Shown here: one piece after another, positions 1 to 15,179 of the stretch
Numbering within the stretch: the stretch's first letter is position 1
Layout of the letters: each line of letters starts with the position of its first letter
NCBI RefSeq assembly: GCF_009914755.1
Contig: NC_060941.1
Reading direction: 5' to 3' (one strand)
DNA: 64,000 nt
Source: the human T2T-CHM13v2.0 reference genome, Homo sapiens
Made by a program: the position numbers and the translations under genes
Notes under the pieces: generated by a model
Told to the model about the DNA's origin: nothing
What the model saw: only the letters and a program-made list of their open reading frames with translations
Databases searched by the model: none

Positions 1-1306
1 ACCAGACTTAGTGCCATAAAACCAGGGCCCCAGTGGCATATCCACCAATGGAGTACCATGCAGCAGGTAGAAAGAGTAAGGCAGTTTTCTATGGGCTGAT
101 CTGGGGGAGTTCTCAAGATTTATTGTAAATGGAGGAAAAAAAATGCATAGAACAGTTGTTACTCCAAATTGTTGAGGGCAAGGCATGGGGGCTGATATGT
201 GTATTGAAATCTGTAAGCACACAGAAGAGACTGGGAACAGTAGGTGCCTTGGAGGCAGAGGACATTAGGATGGAGGGAAACCCCCTTTGTCAATGTCTAC
301 CCTGCTATACTATTTAAATATTTGCCATGTGCAGGTGATATTTTTATGAAACTTTTTCAGAAAAGCATTTTTTAATTATAAAAGGCAAAGAAAGAAAGGG
401 GTAACGGTGGAAGGGAGGGAAAAGAAAGAAAAGAGGGGAAGGGAAAAAAAAAGATGTTCTAAGGGGCCTCAAGTTTCTCACAAAGGAGGGAGGAGCCCTA
501 GGGAGTTTGAAGGAGTTCAGCTCCATGTTACACCAGACGCACTACCCACCAAATCGTGCCACATTACACATCACCAGTGCTGTTCACTTAAGCAGGACAT
601 TTTTTTTTCCTATTTATTAGCAAAGATGCTGGGAGCCAAGAGGTGAAGTCCAAGGCTTTGCTCAAGATCTGATCAAAGAGCTAGACCTACTCTTAGAACT
701 CAAGCCCTCTGCTCCCAGCTCCTGAAGCCAATCCTCTCTCCTGTACCCCATTTCCATTTTTCTTTCTCCTGCTCAAGTTTATAAGACACTCACCCTCTCT
801 TTGGCTCTTCCTCTCAGCAAACTTCAGGGTAAATTGTGCCTCTCCATCTAGGAAGGGCTTCCCTTAGTTTCTTCTTGGTAAGCTGATCACCCTCACCCTT
901 GACGTCTGCGTTCACTGTGGGTTGAAGTTACTTTAAAACAAGTCAGCACGTTACCTTCTCCAACTTCAAGCCCTTTCACAATTATTACGGAGTTTACTGC
1001 AAGATCTCTCTCATATAAAGTCACCTTTTCAACTGGTTCATGCATAAACATGTTATTTTCCCAAGTAAATGACAAATTTGGTTGGAGAGAAGGGAATTGT
1101 TTTAACTCCCAGAGGGGCTCCCACAACACTGGACACATTGAAGAATCTCCATGAGAACTGTTTTTAATAAAAGCTGCCATTTATTGAGCCTCTACTAGGC
1201 ACATTATATGCATTATCTTCTGTCCTTTTTCTACCATATGGGAAATATGCAATATAAACTGGTATTATTATTTTTGGATAACTATATATGTTATCAAAAA
1301 ATATAG

Positions 1307-1607
<301 letters not shown>

Positions 1608-2044
1608 GAATAAATTTTAATATTGTTTTTCAACAAAGGAAGCATGGAAACAGAGGCTGAGAGAGATTAAGTAGCTTCTCCACATTTATACAGACTTGCC
1701 AGGTGTAGGCACTTATATGCTTGCCAAGTGGCAAGGCCAGCATATCTGAGTCCAAAGGCCCTGCTCTTCCCGCTGTGTTGGGCTGATTTGAAACAAAAAA
1801 GGTTCAAGCAGTGAGGAAGCCAGGTAAGCCTCTGTGGTTCTCTCCCTACCTATTCTCCCCACTGCCAGGAACCTGCATGAAATGAAATCAAGACCTTAAT
1901 GTGAAATGTTGAAATACAAACATCTCCAGGGGCTTTGTTCTTGTTCTACTTGTCCCTGCTGAGCAAGTTATAGTGAAGCTGACTTCAGGTCTATGTAAAA
2001 ACTGTTCGTTAATTATAGCTGTCAGAATAGAAGGTGTGCTCAGT

Positions 2045-2530
2045 GTCAGCCTACCCTATATTTCCTATGAGCCAGGCACTTGAGTATACAGTCACAAGCA
2101 GGACAAAGTTCCCGCCCCTGGGAGCCAACGGAGTAACTGACTTTGGGGAAAACAGACAATACACATATAAATACATCAGTACCTCCAGAAAGTGGTAAGT
2201 GCTGTGAATAAAACAGACCCTGTAACAGCATGGAGGTGGCAGAGGCAGTAGGAGGAGGGAGTTGGCTGCCTAGATAAGGTGGTCAGAGATGGCCTTGACA
2301 CTGAAGGCGTGACCCGAATGAGAAGCCAGCCATGCAAAGACCTGAGGGAAGAGCTTTAGGTAGACGGAACAGCAAGGAGGAACAGCAAGGAGGCGGAGAT
2401 GAGTTTGATGTGTCTGAGGGACAAAGTGCGGGACAGGGTGGGAGGCGGTCAGTGGCTGGCTGAAGCAGAGTGTACAAGAAGGGGAGTAAGTCGAGTCTGG
2501 AGAGGTGGGCAGGGGCCACAGTGAGAGGCT
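2045..2530 (-). mobile_element. L2 fragment
   Basis: L2-like gagccaggcact...cagacaata...gcatgcaaagacctgagggaagagc. Confidence 0.55.
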
Positions 2531-2931
2531 GTGTGTTCCTGTCAATGTGTGCAAATAGAACTTAAAAGACTTACTCGTTTTGGAGAATTTTGGACTAGGT
2601 TAACCCATAAGGTCTCCGCCAGGTGAGATGCAGGGATGCTGCTATGCTAAGTCAAGCACCCTCCCATACTCTCCATCAAATAGCCACCCTGCCTTGGCTG
2701 CCCTAGCCTTCTGCACAGCAGCTGATTTTTAAAAAACAAACAGCTGTCATGGGGTAACCTGAAAGATGGCTCCAGAACTCATTCTGTCCACTTCAAGACG
2801 TGCTACCAAACTAGAGTTTTTCCAGAGGAGTCAGCAAGAGGGAAAGCACTGAGTATTCAAACAATATCCAGGAAAGATGATGTGGAGGGTTTCCCATCTG
2901 CACACAATCCTCTTTCCAAATAGCTACAGCT

Positions 2932-3368
<437 letters not shown>

Positions 3369-3959
3369 TCAACCCATTTGTGTCACAGACCCCAAGAAGG
3401 AAGCCATTGGCTTCATGAGTATCAACAACAGTTCTCAACAAGTTGTCCTAAATATGACCATGCTCATCTGGAATCACTTTAAAAAGTATCTAACTTAACA
3501 AATGACTAACTAGAGCCACCGTGGGCAATGGTGCTCACCCACACCACACTAGAGGAATAGGACTTCAAGTCCAAGTGCCCTGGTGCCACCAACAGCAACT
3601 TAGAATTAAGCTGCTCTTTAAGGACAAGCCAAAGCAAGCAGATGGGCCACACCACATCCTGAAGGCATGTCTCATTATCATGCCTTGGCTTCTTGGACGT
3701 GTAGGGTCACCATTACTCAGGCCAGGACTTCCCAGAGGCCAGTCATGAAGCTCTCCTCTGGTGACACTGTATGATTCACAGTTAAAGCAAAAGACAACTC
3801 CATGCCTTCCCATTTCCTACCTCATTCGTCACCCAAATACTAGCAGTTTCTTCCAACTGAGACCTCCAGCTACAACTTCAGCCCATTTCCCTGATCTTTA
3901 GCAGAGAAGATAAAACCACCATGCTTCATTTCTCCCCTCTGGATCCTAAGTTCATTTGA

Positions 3960-6430
3960 AAAATGGCTTTCATTAAGTATTTGGTAATGAAGATTATCTT
4001 TTTTACATATTGCTGCATTTGGTTTAGGATTTTTGCATCTATGTTTATGGGTGAGGTTTACATGTATTTTTTTCACTATCCTTATCAGGGTTATGCTAGC
4101 CTCATAAAATCATTCTTTAGGCCATAAAGTCGTTTTTTACGTCTTGCCTATTGAGCTAATCGAGTTGCTCCTGAGAAGACTTCCAATTTCCTGGCTACTA
4201 GAGTTCTAGCAGCCAAGGATGGCAAGAAGATTCAGAATGTAAATGCTCACTTAGGGGATTCACCTGACACCTAGACTACACACTTTTTCTCTCTCCAGAA
4301 AAGAAATCTCTAATGCACTGATGAATGGAGGAAGGGCATCACCAAGCCGGTCGGTATAGGAAGGGGACCCAACAGACATTCAACTCTTTGGTAACCCTCC
4401 CTTCACGCCCAATTCCAGAATGCTTTCTGTTGCTACCATATCTATGCTTTTCAGGGGATTATGCACTGTAAATTGATTTGCTTATCACTGGCTTTCTCCA
4501 CCACTGGCTCAGTGAGATTCAACTTTTTCAGCTCTGCTAAATCTTCCAAGGTCTCCATCTGCTTTCTGGGTTCAAATATTTCATTGGCTCCTCTCCTGGT
4601 CTTCCCGAGCTTGTGGATTTGTCTTCTAAACAAATCCCTTTACTGTTGCTTTTGAGAAAGTTGAGAGTATCTTCTATTTTTCTAATATTTGCAGCATCTA
4701 TAATATCCTTTTAATTCCCTGTGTACTTAAAAAAATTAATATTTGTCAATTTTTCTTTAAAAGAACCAACTTCTGGCTTCGTTGATGCTATGCTTAATTT
4801 CTGTGCATATCTACTTCCTTTAGGTTTATTTTGCTGTTCTAATTTCTTGAAACAGATGTTTAGCTCAATTTTCAGCCTTTATTACATCCTAGTATAACTT
4901 TGATATTTAGATTTAGAATTTACATTCTATTATTCAGAACTAATTAAAATTCTATAATCTTAATACATTAATGTAATAATTTAATGCTGTAAAACCTTTA
5001 AATTACTGTTGCAGCTGCATCCCTCGTTTTGACATATTTTTATTATTGTTCAGGTTAAATTTCCTTCATGATTTCTTCTTGGACCCATGAGTTAATTTCT
5101 AAACATACAGAGGTCGTCTTGTAATCTTTTAATTTTGGTTTCTAACTTAATTGCACTGTGGTTGGAGTGTGGTCTACGTGGTAACAACCCTTTCAAATTT
5201 GTTGAGATTGACTCTACCGTCCAGTATATGGTCGCTTTTTGAAAAAGTTCCATAGGTGATCAAAATGAATGTGCAGTTGTTAGATGCAATTTTTTTTTTA
5301 ACAGGTTTATGCTCGGTCATTGGTTTCCACACATCTGTGCTTTCAGGATGAAGATGTGGTCTTCTAAACACGTCCATTTTACCAAACTTGCTAAATGTTT
5401 AAATCTCTTATATACTTTCCTGAATTTTTTGTTGCTTGGTCTACATGAAGCATATTAAAATCTCCCACTATGATGCTGGATTTCTTATTTTTCCATATAG
5501 CTGTTTTTGTTTTACATATTTTGAGGCAATGTTATTAGGTGCATAACTTAGAATCTTTGTTTTTCTGAAGAATTGGGTAAGCATATCATTATGTAGTGGT
5601 TCGATCTGTAGTAATGCTTTTTGTCTTAAAGCCTATTTCCAGGGCTGTGGTGTTCCACAGCTCCAGGGAGGACATTCACATTACAGTTTATGCAAATAAA
5701 CTGAAATTAAACAGTCTGTTTCGTTACTTTGGAGTGGCCTTAATTCTGTGGGTTATGAGTATAACTTCTCAGTTTTATTTTGGTTAGTATCTGCCTGATG
5801 TATCTTTTCCATCCTTTCTTATATTGTAGGTTGCCTATGTCTCTCTCTTGTCATCACATATGGCTGGATTTCTTTTAAAAATACAGTTTGGCATTTTTTT
5901 TTTCGGGAACATTTAGTCCATTTACATATAATTATTGGCACATTTAGATTTCTCTCTACTATCTTGTTTTGGATGCTCTATTTGTCCTGCCTTTTCTTTA
6001 CCCTATCTTGTCTTCTTGACTGATTGCATTTTTCCATTCTATTTATTCTTGATTGAAAACTGTATCCTCTGCTTATTTTTAGTAGATACTATAGAAGTTT
6101 TTGGCACAGGTTTACATACCAAAGTCTGAAGTTAAACAATGTATTTATCTTCTTCCTGAAAGACACAAGGATCTTAGAGTATGTTCATTCCAATTACCTC
6201 CCCTCCCTAGTTATCTGCTACCTTCATGGATTTTCGTTTTACCTTTTTTCCAACCCTGTTAAGACTCTTCTACAGTTGCTTTTTGTGTAGCTGACCAACA
6301 TAACAATCATGTTCTTTATTCTACATTCCTTGATACATTTCAACCCTTCCATACTGATCACTTCCCTTCTGTTGGGGCAAACTCAGTTTTTTTTGTGAAA
6401 ATGTTTTCTATTTTACCCTTGTTCTTGAAA
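3960..6430 (-). mobile_element. Old L1 (L1M) fragments
   Basis: Minus-strand L1 ORF2 remnants (ORF track peptides TYGTFSKSDHIL and HKHRCKNP); T-rich. Confidence 0.7.
5290..5358 (-). pseudogene. SNORD63-like C/D snoRNA retrocopy fragment inserted in an old L1
   Basis: Minus strand CACATCTTCATCCTGAAAGCACAGATGTGTGGAAACCAATGACCGAGCATA plus A tail resembles the recalled 3' half of U63 (…CATCATTCTGAAAG…GTGTGGAAAACTAATGACTGAGCACA); box D has decayed to CCGA. Confidence 0.55.
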
Positions 6431-6719
6431 GGGTGGCCCAATCTCAGTAAGATAACTTACTGACCTATTCTAAGGCTGGGCCCAACAGAGCCTCACTCCC
6501 CACCCTTGTAGGGACCCTGGATCTGGGTAGAACATTTATGCGGTAGGGGAACAGTCCTTCTTAAACAGGCGCTTGGAAGCCCTTTGCAGATGCCGGTGAG
6601 AATCGGCGGTCTGGGAAAGAGTACACATCTTGCAGAGAAGCTGAAGAGGGAAGCCCTTTTCCTGTTTTTTCACTTTCAAGAACATGAGCCACCTGGCTGC
6701 TTTCTTTTGTAGATAAACA

Positions 6720-6777
6720 AACACTTCTCAGACAGATCACATAAATCAGCTTATTCTCATTTAGCAAAGTTTTTATT
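6720..6777 (-). terminator. BLMH poly(A) signal AATAAA (6777-6772) with downstream GU-rich element
   Basis: The + strand reads TTTATT at 6772-6777. Downstream on the minus strand is atttatgtgatctgtctgagaagtgtttgttt. The 3' UTR is about 0.8 kb. Confidence 0.85.
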
Positions 6778-7565
6778 CAAAAGCTTCTCAGCACCATCTA
6801 GTTATCAGAAAGAATGGATATCACCTTTTCCTGCCCACCCAATCCCCAGTTCCACAGGCAGAAGTTAAACCATTTGGCTAGAGTTCCCCCTAATGATTAT
6901 GACTGAGACCATGATAAGATTTTGGTTGTTCTCACCCAACTGTCTCTAAGCCTCTACTCAAACCTGACTCAAGCAGAGATGTGCACCCCACAGTTCAGAA
7001 CAGGAAGGAATCATGTCAGATCTGATCAACCTCCCATTCTTGGGCTATTAGAGGCACAAGAAATTACCTTGAAAAAATGGAATTCAGTGACTGCCATCTA
7101 GGAAAGACAGTGATACTGTCCAGCAGCATGCAGTTCCGAGAGCTCAACTCTTAGGCCACCCTCCCTCCACTCTACTCTAGGAACAAGGAGCATTAGGTCT
7201 GTTTTCTCTCCATACACCTCAATCGCTCGTCCTCTCGTCTTATTAAAACACAGACACAGAACCAAACTTTTTGACAGTTAAAGACAAACAATTACATCTA
7301 ATTAAAATGCTAAGAGATCCTGAGCTGTTAGAGATGAGGAGAGTAGATAGTATGACCTGATCTTCCCCCCTCTTTTTTTTCCTTTAACAGTATTCTGTTT
7401 CAGCATAAAGCACACTTTCTGAAGAGGTTCCTGGTGGAGACTGGAAATCTGACTGTGTCCTGTGGCAACACACAGTCCCTTGCATAACTTTGGCTTCAGT
7501 CCCTGGATCTGTCCTTTGCAGCTACGTCAGGTTCCATGGAAGGAGGAAAGAGCTGGAGGGCAGTA

Positions 7566-7717
7566 TCACTCAGCCAAAGCTCCCATGGGGTCCCATGCTG
7601 GCAGGACAATGGGTTCCTGCTCTAACACAGCTAGCACCTCTTCAGGGACATGCTTCCTGTCCACCACCACTTCGTAGACATACTCAGAGAACCACTCATC
7701 TGTCATGCACAGGTAAC
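7566..7717 (-). CDS. BLMH: BLMH exon 12 coding part (152 nt; YLCMTDEWF...EPIVLPAWDPMGALAE*)
   Basis: ctccag|GTTACCTG...GAGTGA; stop at 7568-7566; ORF 7566..7757. Confidence 0.98.
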
Positions 7718-8599
7718 CTGGAGAAAAGAACAGAAGACTTATGAGTCCAGAGGGCAAGGGACAAAGAGCAGAAACCCTTTTTGTAGGATAAACCTTTTAC
7801 AAAACTAATATTCATACATATTTTTCAGCTTTCCCATCTGTAATTTCATTTAATCTAAATCTTATTAGCAATTCTGTGAAGCAGATAGGACAGGCATGGC
7901 TCTATTTTTAGAAAAATTAGAAAACCGGGTCTTGAGTAACTAGGTGATGTGCCCAGGTCACATGGTGAGGTTCAGAGCTGGGCCTTGGACCTAAGGCTAA
8001 CACCAGATCCTGTACTGATGCTCTCTTCCTCCGCTGCCTTGGTGATGGTGAGTGATGACCTGTATACTAGTAGGGAGGCAGAAAAACTTCTCATTCATAC
8101 AGCCACACCTAGGGCATAAATCTCTAGGGTCAGAAGGGCAAGCATCCCAGTTCCTTTCTTACCCTACCAGTGTCAATGGCTGTTCTCCCCCATTCCTTTC
8201 TATCACACACTCCTACAACAACCAGGCGGGCTGCTGTGAGCATTCTGATGGGGCCAAGTCATCATTCCTAGGTATGCACTTATTTGCAGATGATAGTGTG
8301 GGAGTCAAATGATAAAACAGTCCTTGTTTTCCTAGGAGGAAATCTACGATGACGATCAGGCGGAACTAGAAGACTCAGACATCTGCTTAACCTGCTCTCC
8401 TTAGGAAGGCCTCTCCAGTGGGTTAGGACTATACAGAGGTGCCCCGGCACTAATGCCCCATTTAAGGTTGAAAGCTCAGCTGAGAGAAAAAGTGTGGTGT
8501 CATCGGGTACCCATCCTAGTAATAGTTGCCTTCCATAAGGAGGATTAACCTGCATCTCAGGCTCCACTAGGCCAACACAAATTCCCCTTCAGAAACCAG

Positions 8600-9808
8600 A
8601 TCCTCATCTCTCACCTTACACAAAAATCAACTCAAGATGGTCAAAGGCTGAAAGCTAAAACCTGAAACCAATACAAGTTCTAGAAGATAACATCGGAAAA
8701 ACTCTTCCAGACATTGGCTTAGGCAAAGAATTCATGACTAAGACCCCAAAAGCAAATGCAACAAAAACATAAATAAATGGGACCTAATTAAACTAAAAGG
8801 CTTCTGCACAGCAAGAGAAATAGCAGTGTAAACAGACAACCCACAGAGTGGGAGAAAATCTTCGCAAACTATGATTCCGACAAAGGACTAACACCCAGAG
8901 TCTACAAGGAACTCAAACAATCGGCAAGAAACAAACAAACAAACAAAAAACCAAATAATCCCATCAAAAAATGGGCAAAGGACATGAATAGACAATCTGA
9001 AAAAGAAGATACACAGCCAACAAACATGAAAAAATGCTCAACATCACTAATTATCAGAGAAATGCAAATTAAAACCACAATGTGATACCACCTTACTCCT
9101 GCAAGAATGGCCATAATTAAAAAGCAAAAAAATTACAGATGTTGGTGTGGATGTGGTGAAAAGGGAACACTTTTACAATGCTGGTGGGAATATAAACTAG
9201 TACAACCACTAAGGAAAACGGTATGGAGATTCCTTAAAGAACTAACGATCTACCATTCGATCCAGCAATCCCTCTACTGGGTATCTACCCAAAGGAAAAG
9301 AGGTCACTAAATGAAAAAGACACATGCACACGCATGCTTATAGCAGCACAATTCACAACTACAAAAACATGGAACCAACCTAAGTGCCCATCAACCAACG
9401 AGTGGATAAAGAAAATGTGATATTTATACATCATGGAATATTATACTCGGCCATAAAAAGGAAAAAAATAATGTATTTTGTAGCAACTTCGATGGAGCTG
9501 GAGGCCATGATTCTAAATGAAGTAACTCAGGAATGGAAAACCAAATATCATATGTTCTCACTTATATAAGTTGGAGCTAAACTATGAGGATGCAAAGGCA
9601 TAAGAATGATATAATGGACTTTGGGCACTCAGGATGGAAGAGTGGGAGGGGTGGAGGGATAAAACAAAGACAACATACCAGTGTACACTGCTTAGGTGCT
9701 GGGTGCACCAAAGTCCCAGAAATCACCACTAAAGAACTTATCCATGTAACCAAAACCCACCTGTTCCCCAAAAACTACTGAAAGTTAAAAAAACAAAAAC
9801 AAACAAAT
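8600..9808 (+). mobile_element. 5'-truncated L1PA/L1PB 3' end
   Basis: tctcaccttacacaaaaatcaactcaagatgg...; ORF2 C-terminal remnants ([19 protein letters not shown]), 3' UTR and A-rich tail. Confidence 0.9.
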
Positions 9809-10115
9809 CTGTTCTTTCAGGAACAGATCTCCAAAAAACTTAAATGGGAAAAAAATGCTTTACCCGAGCCATTGCTAATAAGAAGAGCAAAATTAAAGTG
9901 AGAGACTGAAGTCCGTATATTTAAAACAAGAATGGGCTGCTGGGCCACAGACAGAACACAGAGCAAACGATGTGTACTGAATCAAGAGAAAGGCAGGCAC
10001 ACACATCCAAGGGCTCCCGGACTAGCAATGGCCATCAGCACCACGACTGTCATCTGACCGTATCTGCTACTTGTTTTATAGTAAACACTGGAGCCATTTT
10101 TCTCTGAAAGTTTGT

Positions 10116-10315
10116 ATAAACCTAGGCCTGTGCTATACCATTTCCCACTACACAGGACCAAGAGAACGGAGAAGTAGGTGTTTCTAGCAAGAGGGTCCCC
10201 TAGTGAGCAGTTCTCATAAACCTAGGCCTGTGCTATACCATTTCCCACTACACAGGACCAAGAGAACGGAGAAGTAGGTGTTTCTAGCAAGAGGGTCCCC
10301 TAGTGAGCAGTTCTC
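10116..10315. repeat. Perfect 100-bp tandem duplication (2 copies)
   Basis: 10116-10215 is identical to 10216-10315. Confidence 0.97.
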
Positions 10316-10749
10316 AAGCCTCTTGGCCTCAAGCCCTGCCCTTTACATTCTTAAAATTATTAGGGACCGAAAACATTCTTTATGTGGACTAATATCTATC
10401 ATTATTTACTATATCAGAAACTAAAACAGAAAGTTAAAAATATTAATTCATTTAAAAATAAGTATGAAAAATGAATATAAACAATATATTTTGAGGAAAA
10501 AAATTATATTATGTAAAAAAATATTTTTAGTTAAAAAAGTGGCATTGTTTTACATTTTAATGTCTAGATTTGCAGAAGACAGCTGAATTCCTGTATCTGC
10601 ATCTGTGTTTAATCTGTTGCAGTATGTTGTTCTGCTTGAAGCAGATGAAGGAAATCCAGCCTCACACAGATATGTTGCTCAAGGGCAGACCCTGCACACT
10701 CCCTGAAAGGGCCCTAGGGAACCAAAGATCACACTTTGAGAACTGCTGC
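10305..10749. mobile_element. hAT-Charlie non-autonomous DNA transposon (Charlie1-like)
   Basis: Terminal inverted repeats AGCAGTTCTCAA...TTGAGAACTGCT; internal tttacattcttaaaattatt motif. Confidence 0.65.
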
Positions 10750-10963
10750 TCTTGAGGCAAGACTGGATTAAATTTAAAGGCAACAATACTGGTAAGTCTA
10801 ATTTTGTATGCTAAAAGGTGTGACAAAGGGCATTATTTAACCTGAAAACATAATTGATTTGGTGAAGTCATCTATGCCCAATCCTGTTTTTCACCCGACA
10901 GAAGTCAAAGACAGATCATCCTGACGTGGCATAGCATACGTTTACCCTCAAAAACACTGTGGA

Positions 10964-11198
10964 GGCCAGGTGCAGTGGCTCACACCTATAATTTCAGCAC
11001 TTTAGGAGGCCGAGGCAGGTGGATTGCTTGAGCCCAGTTGTTCAAGACCAGCCTGGGCAACATGGCGAAACCCCATCCTCACAAAAAAAAAAAAAAAAAA
11101 AAAAAAAAATTAGCTGGTGTGGTGGCCTGAGCCTGTGGTTTCAGTGAGCCAAGATCACACCACTGCACTCTAGCCTAAACAGAGTGAGACCCTGTCTT
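10964..11198 (+). mobile_element. AluJ-like element with internal deletion and expanded A linker
   Basis: Alu left arm, long A run, partial right arm. Confidence 0.85.
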
Positions 11199-13680
11199 GG
11201 GGGTGGGAATGGTAGGGGTTGGGAGTGCTCTGTAAAAGTGTTCAAGTGCTCCGACCAAGGCAGGTAAAGGAATGCACTCTTGTCTCCTGATAAGCTGGCC
11301 TCCTGGATCCAGGGCCCCTACTTTCAATAGACGAGAGACGGAAGGACAGTACAGGCCCACTCTGTAGCTACTTCTGGCTTGTCTTGATTATATATTCCAA
11401 ACTTCCTGGCTTTGTTGGTGTCAGGACCTGGCCCTTAATTAACATCACCCACACCAGTGCCACCAGGTTCTAGCAACAAAAGTTCTGTCCGCTCAAAGGT
11501 CAACCAGTGCGTATTATTTAAAACTAAAATACTGCATCCTAAGTGAGTGCTTCCTGAAAAACTAAGCATCTGCCTTCCCAAAAAGGAGCTTTCAGCAAGC
11601 AGGAGAGCAGACTAGGGAACACCACACTGTTTGAGACATTAGTCGTCCCTTCCCTCACCACAATGCAGGCTGAATAAATCACTGCAGTGGCCCTGGGCAG
11701 TTAGGCAGGTGAAGGATAGAAGCAGATTCATGTAATAAAATTCTGTGTCCTTTCAACAATACTATCACCATACAATCAAATGAATCTTCAAAGAATGCTC
11801 CCAGAAGATGGACAATAAGTACATCTACACTATCTTGTTCCAAAAGCATATCAGATTAAGTCCTCACAAATTAAAATTCCTATCAATTGTAACCCACCCT
11901 TTCAATGTCCCTGCCAAGAGGACCCGCCTTGATTAGTCTCTCTCTTCAGGATATGAGTTCTTTGGGGACCCACAAAAACCTCACAGTCTAGGTAGCTGCC
12001 AAGTAATTGCGCCCTATGTAGATAATGAACTTGTGGCTGCCGTAACTGTTGACACTGTGTGTCTTGGAGTTTGACTGAGAAGATTAGGATCAGTGTGTCT
12101 GAAACCTGTGTAGGAAGCAGCAAAGCACCGGCTCAGGCAGGATTCGGCTGGCCCTTTTGACTTGCGGGAAGGTGCAGCTCCTAACCCTTAGACACACTGG
12201 CCGTGAGACACAAGCATTCCAAGGAAAAAAGAAAAGAAAACAAAATAAAAACCTGCTCCAGGGATCCCAAGGTTACACTGAGTGAAACACAGACAAATAG
12301 ATAAAGTCAGCTTTAGGAACTAAGGTGAAATTAAATTTTGTTTAAACTTTAATGTCTTGTTTACATGCGATGAGAAAGAAAGAAAAGTGAACAGTCCTCA
12401 AAACAAAACACCTCAAACCAACCAACCAACCAAAAAACACTGGCAACGTTTCTGTATTTTGTAACAGAAAGGGTAGGGTCAGTCTGTAAAGGGAAAAACA
12501 GTGTCTGTGAATATAGCTGTAGACAGGTTAGGTGAAATTCATTCAGAAACAGAAGAGTTTCAAATGGGCTAGTTGAAGGGAAAAAAGACGCTTTACCTAA
12601 GAAAACTTTTTTTTCTGAAATCCCACCAGAAATGTAAGATTTAAGCCTTTCAGACTAAAGAATACAAAGAATATAAAATATATTTTAACATATTAGAAAC
12701 ATTTTATATTCTTTGTTGTCTTTGTTCTATGAGGAATTTCACCTCACTAACAAACTGTATGTGGCTATTATTTTTTGCCATTTTTAAAAAAGTTATGACA
12801 AAATGAAGGTATCTGTTCTGCTCTGACGGTCTGTCTGGCAGCATGGAACTAAGAAGCTGGACTACCAAGGCCTCATTCAGTCACTGCCAATCTTTCACCT
12901 GGCAGCTATAACTCAAGGTTGAAGAAAGGCTCCCAGAAAGGAAAGCAGAAGCCTCACTGGCACTTGTCTTATATTTCAAGCTTCCTAATCATCAGGGAGA
13001 AACCATTTCACAGAACAGGAATCACTTTATAATGAAGTTGCAAAGACTGTGTAGCAACATGAAGAAATGTTTAGGTGATAAAAAATAGATTAGAGTGGCA
13101 TATCCAGTATAATTACAACTATGTTACAAATATAGATGCACATGAAAAAAAACCATGAAAAACAATAAAAAATGAAAATTTTATGCCATGGGATAGATTT
13201 TCTCTCCAAAATTTCTGAAATGTTACACTGCTTTTTAACTCCTTAAAAGTTACCCAAACTCATCATAAAAAGTCTTGGAAACATGAAAGGAGGAGAAAGA
13301 GAAGACAAATATTAATTTTTGAGTTGCCTACAATCCCACCACCTTGGGACACATGTTCAAGCTCTGTCAAATTTTACATGCATCCTTGATAAAGTTTCTG
13401 CATGTACTAGACCCTTTAATTTCATAAAAATGAGACATCATACATGGTGGTCTTGTATTACAAAGTAATACACATACTGTTTTCCAATTAATCTCTTTCC
13501 TTACTGATAATGAAATACATCTATCTACATCATAATTTTTAAGTACCGAATCTACATGATTAAATCAAAACACGTTTAATCAGTCCCCTATTGTTGGAAT
13601 CCGGATTTTTTCATGCTTAGAAACAATACTGTTATAAACATTTCTGTAAGTAAATCTTCGTGCACAGCCTTAATCATCTG

Positions 13681-13972
13681 CATTAATGCACTGTGTAATG
13701 ACATTCTGGTCAACAATGAACCACATATATGATAGTGGTTCTGTAAGGTTATAATGTATTTTTGCTGTACCTTTTCTATGTTTAGATACACAAATAACAC
13801 TGTGTAACAACTGCCTAGAGTATTCAGTACAGTAACATGCTGTACAGGTTTGTAGCTTAGGGGCGATGGGCTATACCATCAAGGTTTGTGTAAGTACACT
13901 CCATGATGTCCACACAATCACAAAATCACCTAATGACGCATTTCAGAAAAGATCCCTGTCTTAAGCAATGCT
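13681..13972 (+). mobile_element. Tigger3a/MER7A DNA transposon
   Basis: ggtcaacaatgaaccacatatatga...gtattcagtacagtaacatgctgtacaggtttgtagc...taatgacgcattt. Confidence 0.85.
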
Positions 13973-14167
13973 TATTAATTTTATTAATAAATAAATGTAT
14001 TAAATTTCCTTATATCCTAATCAATATCTGGTATACATAATTACTAACTTTCTTCTTGGATCCAATTTGAGCCTTTTCTCCTTTTATGTGTTTGCTTGCT
14101 ATTGACAGTTTTCTTTTGTAAAGTGTCTGTCTGAGAACTCTGTTCATTTTTTAAGAGACAAGGTCTC

Positions 14168-15179
<1,012 letters not shown>

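Noticed and set aside
2612-2632. CTCF-like CCGCCAGGTGAGA
   Set aside because: Only a partial motif match, which cannot be supported without ChIP data.
8902-9781. ORFs resembling the reverse-transcriptase protein C-terminus
   Set aside because: Frameshifted, 5'-truncated L1 remnant.
10116-10315. CRISPR-like or prokaryotic repeat system
   Set aside because: The DNA is eukaryotic and intronic; it is a simple two-copy duplication with no spacers or cas genes.
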